DNA of 57,746 bases, counting the filler, from Perkinsus olseni (lineage: Eukaryota), in the NCBI GenBank assembly GCA_013115125.1. It is 2 parts of 2 records of this genome, joined end to end, with 100 filler letters (N's around TTAATTAATTAA, not from the genome) between each part and the next. Parts side by side here need not be neighbours in the genome. Positions count along the whole stretch, not along the records: positions 1 to 28,890 come from JABANN010000441.1; positions 28,991 to 57,746 come from JABANN010000442.1. One strand, given 5' to 3'. A program made the translations under genes and the position numbers. Positions within the stretch are counted from its first letter, which is position 1. Every line of letters begins with the position of its first letter. This document shows, piece by piece, positions 27,451 to 40,271 of the stretch. Under the pieces are notes generated by a model. That model searched no databases, was not told the DNA's origin, and saw only the letters and a list, made by a program, of their open reading frames with translations.

Positions 27451-28571
27451 TGTAGATTATGCGTCGCCGAATTCCCGTGACGCGTCAAGCTTTGTCTCAT
27501 AGTGTAGCCGGGCTTCGAAACATCGCTCATTATCACAACAATCCTGCTCTTTAATGTGCAGGGGACGTGTCGTCACTTGAAGTGGTGACCAAGCAAGCAA
27601 CCCTGAGGACTGAGTCGTTTCGCAGCACGCTACTACTCCGTTATCAGTGCCACTGATTCAGTGGTCTTGTGCGAAGAGTCTCTACAATTGAGATGTGCCT
27701 CCTAATGTTCATTTGCGTCCGTAGGTAGTTGCGACTATTCAAAAAACGCTAACACCCTATAACGAGGTCGCTGTTTGCCGAAGCGGGTCCGCAGATGAGC
27801 TCCTTCCACGTCAAAGAGCGTACAGGCTGATGGCGAACTAATGCCGTCGCCCGCACAGCGATGCTCTCGGGTTCACCTGCGCACATGAACGATACCCGCC
27901 AGCTTCACTCGCTCAGGGTGAATGTGAGGTTCCGAAAACCGGCTGGTCATACCGTCATTGTGATGTGCCGGATCTGGTGAGCATGGGCCCCCGCTCGGGT
28001 CGCGGCCTGGTCGCTCCAGGGAGGCAATCCTTCAGCGGAAGTCCCATGCCTCTCGCCTCTTGTTGGGACAGCGTATTCGTTGTGAGCTTCAGGTAGGTGT
28101 TTCCGAGCAGGTCTCAGTTCACACTGATCATGCCGTATTGAGTGGTTTACTTTAAAAAGACGAGGAGTCTCTTTTTTCGGCCACGATCTCTGATTTTTGC
28201 TCCTCAACCTTTTACTTAGAGGGAATGTTTTGAATACAGTGGCGCTCAATGAGCGCGCGTACAACTAGCAGCGCGATAAGCTGAGCGCACAGGTACATGT
28301 CGCACAGGGACGCGTCCCGTGTCGAACATGGGCGAAAAGTGACGCGGAAGTTCACCACGATAGCATACGGCGTCATCTCCCTCGAGGGGTGTATTTATTT
28401 GCCATGATTAAACTATTCCGCCGTGATTCCTGCGAAATTCGACTGGACCTCCTCCGCCGAAGTTGTGCGGGACCGACGAGGTGACGAACGTGCACGCATA
28501 CTTAACGCCTGCTTGACGCTAACCACAACCCTCTCATTCAACGACCACCTAAGAGTCAATCTAAAAGTTTG

Positions 28572-28890
28572 ATGAGAGCATTTATCCTAGTGTTCCTGAC
28601 GGCTTCATATGGGGCTGCGGCACTCGTTGATGGCTCGGTTCAGCGCGGGGTACCGAGACGTTTGTATGATACTCCGATCGCCTACCCGGTGAACTGTACC
28701 GGTGCTGAGAAGCCCGCTACCGAGCCCTTCTGTGTCATTGGTAGCTTCAACACCTCAGGTGGCTTCAAGCTGAATATAACCGTCTACATCTTCGACGTTG
28801 ATGACCCCAAGAAATCTGTCAATTTCCATATTGAGATCGCAAATAATAATACGACCCCGACTGGTCTCAATATCACTGGTGGAGGGAGCG
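28572..28890 (+). CDS. Secreted beta-rich hypothetical protein, truncated by the gap
   Basis: Signal peptide MRAFILVFLTASYGAAA, a Cys pair and several N-x-S/T sites. The frame runs into the Ns. Confidence 0.6.
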
Positions 28891-28990
28891 NNNNNNNNNN
28901 NNNNNNNNNNNNNNNNNNNNNNNNNNNNNNNNNNTTAATTAATTAANNNNNNNNNNNNNNNNNNNNNNNNNNNNNNNNNNNNNNNNNNNN
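28891..28990. other. Artificial assembly linker: N44-TTAATTAATTAA-N44
   Basis: Exactly 100 nt with a 12-mer that gives stop codons in all six frames. Confidence 0.95.
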
Positions 28991-29319
28991 CGTAAACCCC
29001 GCCAGATTCTTCGTGCGGTCTGACTGACGATTCAGATATTTACTGACAGTTTCAAATTATTCCTTTCCGATTTATGTGCTGCCGGTGGATAGTAACCGTA
29101 AGCGCTCCTCACTTTAATTGATCCGGTATTATACGATAAAAATTGTACTTGTAATACAAGTCTTGTATTTGCGACATGATGTTGATCTGATCACCTTGGT
29201 CAATCAAACGCCACAATTCGGGGCTTTTTTGGCTCTGTATCGTTCTTTTGGTTCAGAAGACTCGTGAAGTTCTTGACTCAGGGGCCCTGAGCCTTCAACT
29301 CTTTTCGACATGCTTCGAG

Positions 29320-31650
29320 AGGCTCGCGGTGCGGATGCATTTCATATGTCTCCTGGACCAGGATTGGATACCAGGAGCCCCGGTATCCAATCCGGATGCG
29401 GGTGAGTGGTCGATAATCGAGGCATCGTAAAGTGCTGCAGATCGACTACAGGTCTTTCATCTACCCGTCTCCATGGCAATCCGTGGGTGTATCGCCCGAC
29501 GGCCTGTATACAAGTCGTCTGAGGGACGTAGTCACAGGAAATATATGCGTCGGAGCCCAGCCATTAACACGACATGATGGCCCGGTGGCTCTGTTCTTCG
29601 TCATCAGAATACGGGATTTGAAAATCGCAAACTCGTGCTTCCTCAAACTCGGAATAACCGGCTCAGGCCCTGGTTGGATTGAAGAAAGAATAGCAAAAGT
29701 GAGTAGTTCTCAATAATAGTGAGTCAACTAATTTGACTCAAATTGACGATATTGAATATCGTCCGTGACATTCCCTGTGATAACTGCCCCCCTTTTAATT
29801 TGGAGTGTCGAATATCACTACTTACCGCAGCGGTAGAGGTCCTTGTCGATCAGGGAAGGGCTCTCCCAAGGCAGTCGAGTTCCATCCCAAGTACATTTGC
29901 AGTGGAATTGCTAACGAGGGAGATACCCGACGTCAAACATAGCAGCCTGGTGCGTACTACGCACTATCTAGGCTACAATGAGCCCATCGATGTCAATGTT
30001 CACGGCGCCGCACCGTCGCCGACGGTCCGTCGGTACGCCTTTCATTTTTGTCTTGCAAGGTCACGCTCGCAGTGGGATGGAACAGCACCATGTACGTTTA
30101 TGTTGACGATAACCTCGCGGTCGTGAAGCCCTTCAGCGGTATGCTTCAACGAATTTCTCCCCCATTATTCCCAATCGTGGAATTAGCGGGGGACGTGGCT
30201 GAGGTAAGTGGCTGCGTTATTGAGCCAGTTGGCTGAGTATACTTCACCTCCCGTTGCCAGTTCGAATACCTACCCCACAAAGTGCTCAGCCTCCGCGTCG
30301 GTCTCACCATGGAGAGACTTTTTAGAGAAATGCCCTCAAACAGGGGAACGCTGTCCTATGGCTCCTCCGGAAGCGGTTCGGCTGAGTACCGATCTGGCTG
30401 CAGGTGATTCCTCAAGTTTCAACATCGTGGTGGTCCCGCACTACGCATTCCACAGGTCCTTCCTGTATCCTTCCCCCTGGCCTTCCGTAGATGTTTCCGA
30501 AGACGGCGTCTGCATCACTAGAGCCAGACATCGAGGACCAGGCTCCATTGCTATCGGAGCTTTACCACTGATACGCCATGGTCAATTTACGGCATTCTTT
30601 TCCGTCACAGTGCAGAAAGTCGCCGGATCGGCGTCCATCGGCTTAATGATCGGGATAACGGAAACAACCCCAGAGGAACTTAAATCCAAACTTGGCCAAG
30701 TGAGTATCTAGTAGATACCCTCCACATTGATGGACGGTCCATCATGGACCCCTAAGGCCGCAGAATGCTCGTGATCAGAAGTACCCGGTGCCACGAAGTG
30801 CAGTCACTCTTCCTGGCACTCACGTTGTTGGATTACAAGGCGCGACAAGAAATAGCGAAGGAGATGGGATAAAAGCCGGCAGCCTGGTGTGTATACGGCA
30901 GCTGGGTTAATCTATCGATGGCTTCGTCAGGTGACGGTGGTACTAGGATTGGATTACTATATGTACACTTTCGTCGATGGTAACCTCGTGAACATAAAGT
31001 GTTCGAGCTGTGTGCTCCAAAAACCCTCACTGTAGCCGCTCCAGTGGAGCGCGCAGCTCCGGCGAGCCTCGTTGAGCGAGGCTCTTTTCGGCTACATCCC
31101 ATAGTGGAACTCAGCGGGCAAGCACAGCAAGTAATAAATCGGCTTGCCGTTCGTGTAGTCAATGCGCTTATCTACTCATTTTCAGGTCGCGATCTCTGAC
31201 GCACCGTTACTCCCTAGCATAGTTCATGTAATGGAAGAATATTGGAGGTGCTCGGACTCCGATGGGGATCATCGCGATGGAGTAAGAAAGGCAGTGCCAC
31301 CCCCAAGGGCATCGACGAATCGGTGGATCTTGATCATGAAATTAGCTGAGCACCCACTGTGCTGCACCGATTAGGCCCTAGGGAGCAGCAGTAGTGTCCG
31401 AAGACCGGATTTACTCGGCTTCCTGGCGCAGTTCTGGAGCATCGCGCAGACACCAGGTCATCCACAAGTGCCGTTATGGCGAGCACCGGTTCTCATAGGT
31501 ACGCCAACGGGCGATACTACGACATCTAGGGGCGGGGAAGGAGCACTGCCCGAAGGCGTGCAACACTCCTGCTCTTTCGATGAGCAAGCAATTGACCAAT
31601 TCGCTGCACTCGCTAGTGGCATCGAGCAGCAAGTCGAAGTGCACAACTCA
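29320..31650 (+). CDS. Multi-exon protein with two Neuralized-homology (NHR/NEUZ)-like repeats
   Basis: Repeat 1: RSFIYPSPWQSVGVSPDG...CVGAQPL...FFVIRI...LKLGITGSGP...MYVYVDD...LFPIVELAGDVAEV. Repeat 2: RSFLYPSPWPSVDVSEDG...AIGALPL...FFSVTV...LMIGITETTP...MYTFVDG...LHPIVELSGQAQQV. Confidence 0.65.
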
Positions 31651-31809
31651 TAACTGGAAAAGTGCTCACGTGTCTCTGCATTACCTCAGAGTGTGCTCGT
31701 CCATTTGGGAACGCACTATCGCCAGTCAGGACCGGAGCAGTTGCACACTCTGTCGACCATGGTAACCTGCCGTTGTGGCATTGCCGTAGCGTCTTTCAAT
31801 CCACGGCCT

Positions 31810-32930
31810 CTTCTTATCAGCTCAGGAACGCGGCAGAGAGAATAGCGGGCTTCTTCAATCTCGAAACAAGTATGGCAAGTAACAGCAATGTGAATGAGGA
31901 AGAGTACGTGAAGGCTGCGAAGTGCTTCGGAATAGTTAGTTTCGCGTATCTGTAGGCATGGAGAGGAGGAGTCTGGGTCTGAGGGTTTCGAGTTCGATGA
32001 GGAGGATTCTGCCGTAAAGGAGCCCTCTGGGACGGAAAGCAAAGACCCGGACATGTGAACACCTGTTGAAGATTTCTATGTGATTTCCGTTGGCCCATCG
32101 ATCAAGTTTTTGGTTCGCACTCTCACTGTGGGAGTCGCACATTGCAACTGCCTTGGGCACTGCTCTCTAACGTCAGCGTTTTTACCGAGTTATAGATGTC
32201 ATCCGAAATTGAGATTCCTGTCCCATGTATAGCCTGCACAACGACGAACCTGTGCGCGAGCCACGAAATCCTCGCCAAAGGCTCTGAGAGAAACTTGTGA
32301 GCTTGTTGATGGTCGCATTCTCGATTTTCGCCAAGTGACCACGGATATCCACGGTTGCCTTGCGAGGCTTCGGGAGTGCGGAGTGATGCTGTCGAGGTTT
32401 CTGTCGTTCTCTAAGGAGCTCGGTGGCAAGCGCATCGGCGTAGAGCTGGTGCGGCCTCGGTGCTCCGTCGATAGCGACGGAAGGCAAGGTGGCCTGAGTG
32501 GTAGCTACGGACCTGCCAGAGCCTCTGGCCCAGAGGCAGAGCAAAATGTCAGGCTACGGACTGACACGCGCTTAATTGGGCCTCGCTGGATCTCAGCTGG
32601 GTACAGGACAACTTTGTCGACGGCCTCTTCCCTAGTGGTGCCATGTACAACGTTGACGTTATCAAGCGGTCCCTTCATGTACTGGCAGCTTTGCGGCGGA
32701 GATTAAAGGGTGATGCTTGCATGCAAGTTTCAGTTCATCACTCACAAGCACGCACATGACGTGTGTCGATGAGACGTTGGCACAAGGACAGTCCTTGGAG
32801 GGCTTGAAGCAACGGGCTGGGATAGGGAGGAACTGTCAATCGACGAATGGCCGGATATGGGAGGCTACGTTCATTTCGTCCCTCCCCATTAGGTTAATCG
32901 TTTCGCAGTGGGAAGTAAGAACTTGAGTTG
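31810..32930 (+). pseudogene. Decayed tandem copy of the METTL21-like methyltransferase
   Basis: DNA aligns by eye with 33430-34530 (ggtcgcattctcgattttcgccaagt vs ggccgtatcctcgactttcggcaagt; gacgaatggccggatatgggaggctacgttcat vs gacgaatggccggagatggaaggctacgttcat). It has frameshifts and a broken SAM-binding motif. Confidence 0.75.
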
Positions 32931-33024
32931 TTATCATCTTCGGTAGAGGTGCTCAGGATTCCTATCTGTTGTCCCCGCTTCTAGCTCCGCCTTCACCTTC
33001 TCGAGAGTTCATAGCAGTGGGATC

Positions 33025-34516
33025 ATGAAAGCATCACCGCCGTCCGTCCTCATTCGAAGCAGCGCGTTCTTGAGCCCTACACTTCGAGCTTTTTCGGGAG
33101 AAGCTGTGGACGAGACTACAGTGCGTGCACAATCTTGGTAAGAGATTTGTGTAGAGACCTCTGTGGCAATACTATAGGGGCATGTTGGCTCACGCGTTTA
33201 CTGTGGTGCTCGTTGTCGAGTGGTTGCAAAGCGAGCGGCGGGTCTTCTTGCGGGTTCAAACTGAAGTCGACACAGCTCGCAACCGGAGGAGCCCATGGCG
33301 TTAGGGCGCTCCACCTCAGGGAACGCTGATCCACCTGGAAACTCGCGATCGAGGCTCGACACCCATACTGTCGGACTCGTGGCCAACCATGATGATGTGA
33401 TGGTCTGGATTTTTGAGCGCCAGCTCCGTCCCACTAGTTCCAGAACACGCCGGGCAATATGGCTGACCTTCTTGACCGTATGACAGGTATGGCAAATAGC
33501 ATTGACGGGAATGGTGGAGGGTAGTCTGAGGATGTCAAGTTCTTCGGCAGATAATGTCTGGTTTATGTATAGCGATGATGAAGAGGGATCCGACCCTGAG
33601 GGCCCCGATTACAATGAGGACGTATTCGCTGTGGGAAAATCGTCTAGGATGGAGAGCAGCGACATCGACGTGTGATGTTCGTGATTTCTAGAGGCATCCC
33701 GTGGACCCAACGAGCGTTGTGTTTGCACCCCCGCATGTTCATTTTCCTGAGGGATGCTTTTCAGGTGTGTTTTAGATGCCTTCTCAATGCCGTATGTAGA
33801 TTGCACCACGAGCCCGAGTGCGAACCACGAAGCCCTTACTGAGAGCCTTGAGAAGGAACAGGTTGAACTGGTGGGTGGCCGTATCCTCGACTTTCGGCAA
33901 GTCGCCACGGACATGCACGGGCCCTACGCAAGGCTGTGGGAGTGCGGTGTGATGATGGCGAGATTCTTATCATTCACCGAAGAGCTCGCCGGCAAGCACT
34001 TTGCAGTAGAGCTCGGCTGTGGCTTTGCTGCACCGTCAATAGCCATACAGGGCCGGGGGGCTAGGGTAGTAGCTACAGACCTGCCAGAGGCAGAGCAATC
34101 ATGCCAAGCTGACGAGTGGCGCGCGCTGGATTGGGCCGCGCCGGACCTCAGCTGGGCGCAGGACAACTCGGTTGATGTCCTCATCGCTAGCGATGCTGTC
34201 TATAACGTCGATGGTGCGAAGCTGTTCTTTAATGTGCTCAAAGCGTTACAACCAAAGTTGAAGGATGATGTCTGCATGTAGGTTCCTGTCGAGCAGTGCC
34301 GGGGTGGATGTAGCCGGGCCTCGTTAATAGCCAGTGATCAGGTTCATGACGCATAAGCACAGGAATGATGATGTGGATGAGCTGCTGGTAGATGGACTTC
34401 AAACAGCGGGCTGGGATGGGGAAGAGCTGCCAATTGACGAATGGCCGGAGATGGAAGGCTACGTTCATCCAGCTATTGATTTATGGAAGCTCACGTTATT
34501 GCCCGCCGAACACTAA
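33025..34516 (+). CDS. Class I SAM-dependent lysine methyltransferase (METTL21/Methyltransf_16 family), multi-exon
   Basis: Motifs YARLWECGVMMARF, VELGCG, VVATDL, ALDW and DVLIASDAVY. Last exon 34334-34516; the ATG at 33025 is tentative. Confidence 0.85.
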
Positions 34517-35101
34517 GTTTCTCGTTCCGAACTGAAGGCAGCACGAGCTTGAGTTGTTACTCTCCTCGCTTCAAGCGAGTCGCTTCCCATCTCCACGTGG
34601 TTGCCCTCTTTTAGCTTGGTTTTCTCCATCTAGAGATTGTATAGCTGATTAACTCGTTAGCGAGCTGGTGGTTGAAGGCTGTCTCCATCGACGATCGTGT
34701 GTGTTCCGGCTGTTTTAAAACCAGCCGAGGGTCCAAAAACAGTGTTTTGAAGCAAGAGCCGTTATAGGACGTGACGAGGTCGTGAGTTCAGTCCTCAAAA
34801 GGTTCGTTTCTTTCAAGCTTATTCGAGGTTACTATTGTCCATCCCCCGAGAAACACAGCTTTCAATACGGCATTTATTACTCCTCTACCTCCAGTCTACA
34901 TAAATTTAGTTTGGTGCTCCTATTCAGTACTCAGTATTCTTCTCTACAATTCCGAGCGGGAGCGCTTCTTTCAATCGCATTAGGCCCGACAAACGTATGC
35001 GCTCAGAGTAGGATTCTCCCACATTCACGTGCATTTCGTGCTTTCACGTTTTGGATTTTGTGATGCACCTGCTGGGACAGTTGGGCCGCACGAACAGGAT
35101 C

Positions 35102-36201
35102 ATGGATAGTCGCTATTTTATGCCGACCTGCACAGACGAGCGGCAGAAAGTTATACTGCTATTGGGTTGGCTCACTCGGCATATCGATGGTGAAGAATAT
35201 CGATTTCTTCGTACGCCTGGCACACAGTGGAGGAATTCAGCGTCTCTGGGCCAATCTCTGAGCCGATGCTACCGTTACGCTGCAAGACATTCGAAGCTGA
35301 AGGCCTTATCGGGTTCACTCGTAAAGGTGATAATTTTGAGCTCGCCAGAGTTGATCTATTGAACAGATGCACGGCGCTATGTTACAGTGATGCGCCGAAG
35401 TTCATCTCCTGTATGTGCATAGACCCATCCGATGGTAGTCTGGTGCTGATTGACTGCGATCGCCGACTCCTTTACCGTGTCCACAGCTGGGATTCCCCAG
35501 GTGCCCTCATCACTCTCGCCACTGTTGAGGGACATCGTATTAGATTGGTTCCCGAGGAGGATATAGCTGGTGGTGTTGTCTCTGTTTGCTGCTGCGGCGA
35601 TGGATTCGTTTACGGCCGGTGGGTGGCAGAGTTCGTGGATGATCGCGAGCAAATCATTCGGATTGCCGTCCGAAATGATGTGGGCATGAGCTCCGTGATA
35701 GACCATGGACAGCCGTATGAGTCTGTCATAGCTACGTCGCACGAAAACACTACAGAGCTGTTCTGGATCTAAGTAGGTATCAATTCGAACGGGTGGCGAC
35801 CGGGGCGCGATATTATACGGTGGACAGCGACTGCTGGTTGCAAAACAATTGTGACGGGTCGCTTCGCTTGCGGCTGGATCGATGTGGATATCTCGAAGCA
35901 GCTTTTGTGGGTATGCTGTACTACGCGGTCACAGGTCCGCGCCCTGTGGCAGATCGATCTGGCAACGCAGAGAATAATTGGGGCATTCCCTCTACCCCTC
36001 GGCATGGGATGGAAAAAGCGCGGCGACTTGGGGGGTAGTATTTATGCTCAGGCTAATGGAGGTTTCTGGATATTTGCGCGAAGTTACATGGATACGTCAG
36101 TACATGTATTGTCTCCTGTCATCGACTCGGCCTCATCTGATGATCCTGATGAGGACCCTCGAGCGTTGACGGAGAAGGTTTGGGGTGACAGTCTTATTTG
36201 A
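35102..36201 (+). pseudogene. Beta-propeller-like protein interrupted by one in-frame TAA (35770-35772)
   Basis: ORFs 35227-35772 and 35851-36201 are in the same frame and the linker between them is open. Blade-like motifs SCMCIDPSDGSLVLID and WIDVDISKQLLWV. Confidence 0.5.
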
Positions 36202-36599
36202 CTCGGATTGCTGGTACTGAGTGACGACTTTTTGCCGAGAGTGCGCCGAAGACAAGCGTTCATTTTCATTGTTTTTCCAGTGAACCCGCCCAGGATGAGG
36301 GCGCTTTGTATTACCCGATAGGTATAGAGGCAAGTATGAATCAGCAAGCATTTGGAAGCAGCTTCACGAAAAGATTTCTTGCTACTTGACAAACTGAGAA
36401 TTTCGGTTGGTCCCTCTAGAAATAGTTGTTAGCGTTCCTAGGGATTAGGGTAAGACCAGCCGAGCTATATCTCTCGAGCTCGGCAGTCTCTTCAAGGAAG
36501 TTTTCCCGATAAACCCCTGTGAGGTTAGGCGCCACCTGCTGTGTTTTGATGCGCTAAGTTTAATTTCGGTTGTCGATGTGGCGATCGGTAGTTCGTACA

Positions 36600-37054
36600 G
36601 CCCCTGCCAGTCGCGCTCATACCCCTGCTTTCTGGAAGGTAACACGGGCTCTCATCAACATCGCTAGGGCCGCTCAGTATGTTCATCTAATGTCACCGCC
36701 TCTCGCCACACCTTCGCCAGCTCGAGATTTGTTAATTGACGCAGTGGCCCCTACTCGACGGAGTGATCTCATTACATACTTAATAACAGGCTGGGGTGAG
36801 GCTGATGGATTCGGGCTCGCGTTGTTCATAATGGTCACGACGTAATCGAGCCTTGTGTGCTTCCCGCTATATTTGCGTGATGGCGGGCGCTTGCCAAGGA
36901 TCTGGAGTTGTAAACCTCCTTTCAGTCCCCGGCCAGTACTTCCACACTGCGCCGATGTCAAGCCGCCATCGGCCACCCCATGGAGGATACTCGGATACCC
37001 AACGTTATTGGCGTGAGCGGCCGTCTGGGCCACCAGAGCGAGGCAGGTCAGCAC
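36600..37054 (-). mobile_element. Possible tyrosine-recombinase remnant (DIRS/Crypton-like)
   Basis: YVMRSLRRVGAT resembles the YR box II motif HSLRRGGAT. Stops follow immediately. Confidence 0.3.
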
Positions 37055-37384
37055 TAACTCCTGCCGAAACTTATCCGGTTAGCTGTAGGATTGCGGCTCG
37101 CGGGCCAATGACGAGCATCGGCTTCTGATCATTCGGCTGTGCATCAGCGGTGCCTAGTCGCCTCGACAACTTACAAGTTCTGGTCATTCCTGTTAAGTCT
37201 GCACGATGTTAAGCTGTCGAGGACACGGAATTGCGTTCATGTCAATCAAGTCCCAGTGGAGAATCTCCAGAGCACATCTCCACTGGAGAGGTGCCGAGCT
37301 CCTTGTTGATTCTGGGAAACTCGAGGGCTCGGAGATTTCGATGCCTGTCTCTCAAGTGACTTGAGTCAAGTCCATACTTTCGAT

Positions 37385-39535
37385 ATGTCTGGAGGAATCG
37401 TCAGTGCGTCCGAGCTGGATCGGATTCGGAAGTTAGCTATTGGTCAAACTGACAGTGACCAGGCGATCGCCGCGAAGCATGATCAGGTAGCTCCGATTGA
37501 AGTTGGCTATCATTTCATTTCTCCAATCGTTTTGCGGTGGGAAGGAGCCGTTTTCATTCGTAGGCTCTGGCTATGCACGAGAAGTCGAGATCTCGAGCTG
37601 CGGGTTGGTCCAACACTTTGGAAGGCAGCCGCAAGAAGAAAGAAGATGATCGTAGAGAACGCATTGAGAGAGAAGAGCGAGAGAGGTGGGCTCAGCCCAG
37701 CGGGTTGCTCTGAGCAACTTGGCAAGTTGAACTTGCTCACTGAAGTTCCGGGGTCTCCTCCCTAGTTCCCAGCAAGCACCGATATCAGCATCGACTGGGT
37801 TCTTCTCAGGCAGAAGATCGATGTCCAGGAAGCTCGTTTCCAGCTAGAGGAAAGGCGTAAAGCTATTGAACGGGCCAATAAGATACTCAAGGAGCAAACG
37901 GACCGTATCAAGAGCTTCCGCAGTGCGATGATGTACAGCGACGTTTTGGCTGAACGCGAGGCACAGGTATGGAACATAACTTCCGAGTTGGAATGGCGAC
38001 TCTGTCGCTGTAATGCAGCGGGTGCAGTCATGAGTCTCGGGGATCAGGTACGGCTCAAAGAAGAACTAGCGAAGCTCGAGCACTTGAGAGACCAACGTTT
38101 CGAGGATGTTGCCAAGTTCAATTACCAGAGGATGCTCGAGAGGGAGTTAAAAGAGAAGTCGGAATATGAGTCGAAGGCACAGGAGACTGCCAAGGTGAGG
38201 GCTTCGTCGACTCCCATGTGCGAAGGCTGGCTGGGCGGTCACGACGTAGGTTCAACAAGCCCAGCTGGCCGAGTGGAAAGAAGCGCGGCTGGCCGAGATT
38301 CGTGACGAGATGATGGAGGGGGAGATATTGAGAAAAAAGGCCGCGGAGGATCTCCAAGCTGAGGTCAGTTTTCCTGTTCACACCGGCTGCCTATCAAAGT
38401 TCTATTGTTTCTGCTGCAGCGTCGAGCAGAGGAGGCGCGGCGCAATGTGGCGATCCAAGCTTTGGTTGAAACCCAGAAGGCAAACGCATATTTGAAAGAA
38501 ATTAAAGCACATGAGGCCGAGAGAGTCTCGAAGGAAGAGCGCAAAATAGGTGGGAATGGGCGCTGGGCAGCTGTGGATTGTTCATCTCCTCGTAGAGGAG
38601 TACGCAGCAGAGAAGGGGCGACAGTTCGAGCTGCGTAAGAAGCGCGAAGAGGAGATATTCAACAAGAAACAGGAAATGCGGATGAAGATGATCGAGGAAC
38701 AAGTGGGCTAAGCCCACTCCTACAATCGTTTAATTCTGAAGCGCTAGAATTATTATCCACGAGTCTTGGAGTTCACGTGCATGATGCACGTGATCACGGT
38801 GCATCTGAGCTCTTGCAAAGGGATCCTCAGGCCGCACGGCTAGCGGCGAATCAATCCAACGAGGAAAAGCGTATAGAGAGGCAAGTCCTGGAGAAAGAGA
38901 TGGCGGATGAGGCCGCAAGGGTGAAGAAAGAAGAGAAAATGCGGAAGTGGGATGCCATTTCAGCTGTACGTTGCCGATGTTGGTTTTGCAGATGGATGAA
39001 CGAGCTTGAGAAATCCCGCAACTCGCAGATGGAGAAGCGGAGGAAGGCTAAAGAGGCTGAGCAAGAGATGGGCAGGAGAATGGCGGCCTACTCTGAGGAG
39101 ATGTTCAAGAAGCTAAGTAAGCTTCCCGAATGCTGAGCGCGAGTTGACACAAGTCGCCGGCTGTAGATGAGGACGAGAGAGAGGACCAAGCGTCCCGTAG
39201 GAGGGCCGCTCAGTATATAGCGATGGAGCAGAAACGTCAAGTAGCCGAGAAAAACCGTCGCGCGAGAAAAGAATCGGAAATGTGAGGATATACAGCCATG
39301 CGATTCACATCTCCTGCGTCCTCAGCGAAGCTACAGTTGTTGACCGGGCGAAGACTGTCACTCAGGCCGAGGCGCTCGCTTTCCACTCTTACGCACAGGA
39401 GCGCATTCAAGAGTACCACTCGCAATTCTCTCGGACTTCTTTGAGACTGAGACTATCAGGTATGCAGACGAAGGGAAGAATGTTATTCCGTTGATCAAGG
39501 AACTCAGAGATTACCGTAGACGCTCTTCGAAGTGA
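37385..39535 (+). CDS. Trichohyalin-plectin-homology coiled-coil ciliary protein, CFAP210/CCDC173-like, multi-exon
   Basis: Exons read IVSASELDRIR / HEKSRSRAAGWSNTLEGSRKKK / KAIERANKILKEQTDRIKSFRSAMMYSDVLAEREAQ / ... / EYADEGKNVIPLIKELRDYRRRSSK*. E/R/K-rich throughout. Confidence 0.75.
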
Positions 39536-40161
39536 TACTGACATACTGCTCACCATGACTGCATTGCCGTACTTGTCATATCGAGTTTGGTAGTGGTGTT
39601 CAGTGAAGAATGATCGCTGAACAGTGTTCAGAGCAACCTGCTGTGGGTGCGAACTTGTTCAGTTCTTTGTACGATATTCGGTGTACTCTGATGCGACCGA
39701 TAATCGGTCACCGATTGCAATGCTTGTACGATAGTAAAAGCTCGGCCGACCATCTGCTCCGTAGTAGCACAACTATCCGCGATGTATCAGTATAGTTTTA
39801 ACGCAGGTGCCAGCTTCGACGAGGACCATGTTTTACGAATCGCCGCTCAAGCCGTGGGCAATGGCATTGCCGCAATACTCCGGGGGCACGGAGGCCGTAG
39901 AGGCAGGGAAGAGTACCCCTTGACGCGACTGTCGTCGTCGCAGATACTTGTGCTACAGTTTGCCGGCGCCACTCTCTCTTGGCAAAGCTAGGGTGATGTA
40001 TGTCTGTCTTACCGCACCGCTATGACAGTGAGAAGCACGCCAGTCACAGGTCGAGATATTCGGGCGGATGCAGATGACTCACCTGAGATGAGCCTCAGCT
40101 TGTCGGCTCAACGTACGGGCCGTACATTCAGCCGTACACCGTGTGACACCGTGTGTGTAAG

Positions 40162-40271
40162 GCCCTTACAGTAAGGTACAGTACAGGTAAGTCGAGGGTT
40201 GCCCTTACAGTAAGGTACAGTACAGGTAAGTCGAGGGTTGCCCTTACAGTAGGGGCAACCCTCGACTTACC
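40162..40271. repeat. 39-bp tandem repeat (2.3 copies) ending in a near-perfect 47-bp palindrome
   Basis: gcccttacagtaaggtacagtacaggtaagtcgagggtt at 40162-40200 and 40201-40239. The arms 40225-40243 and 40253-40271 are exact 19-bp inverted repeats. Confidence 0.9.

Noticed and set aside
28296-28330. Imperfect hairpin around GGGACGCGTCCC
   Set aside because: Isolated and short, with no associated element ends or terminator context.
40162-40250. Possible CRISPR-like repeat
   Set aside because: The repeats are directly adjacent with no spacers, and the context is eukaryotic.
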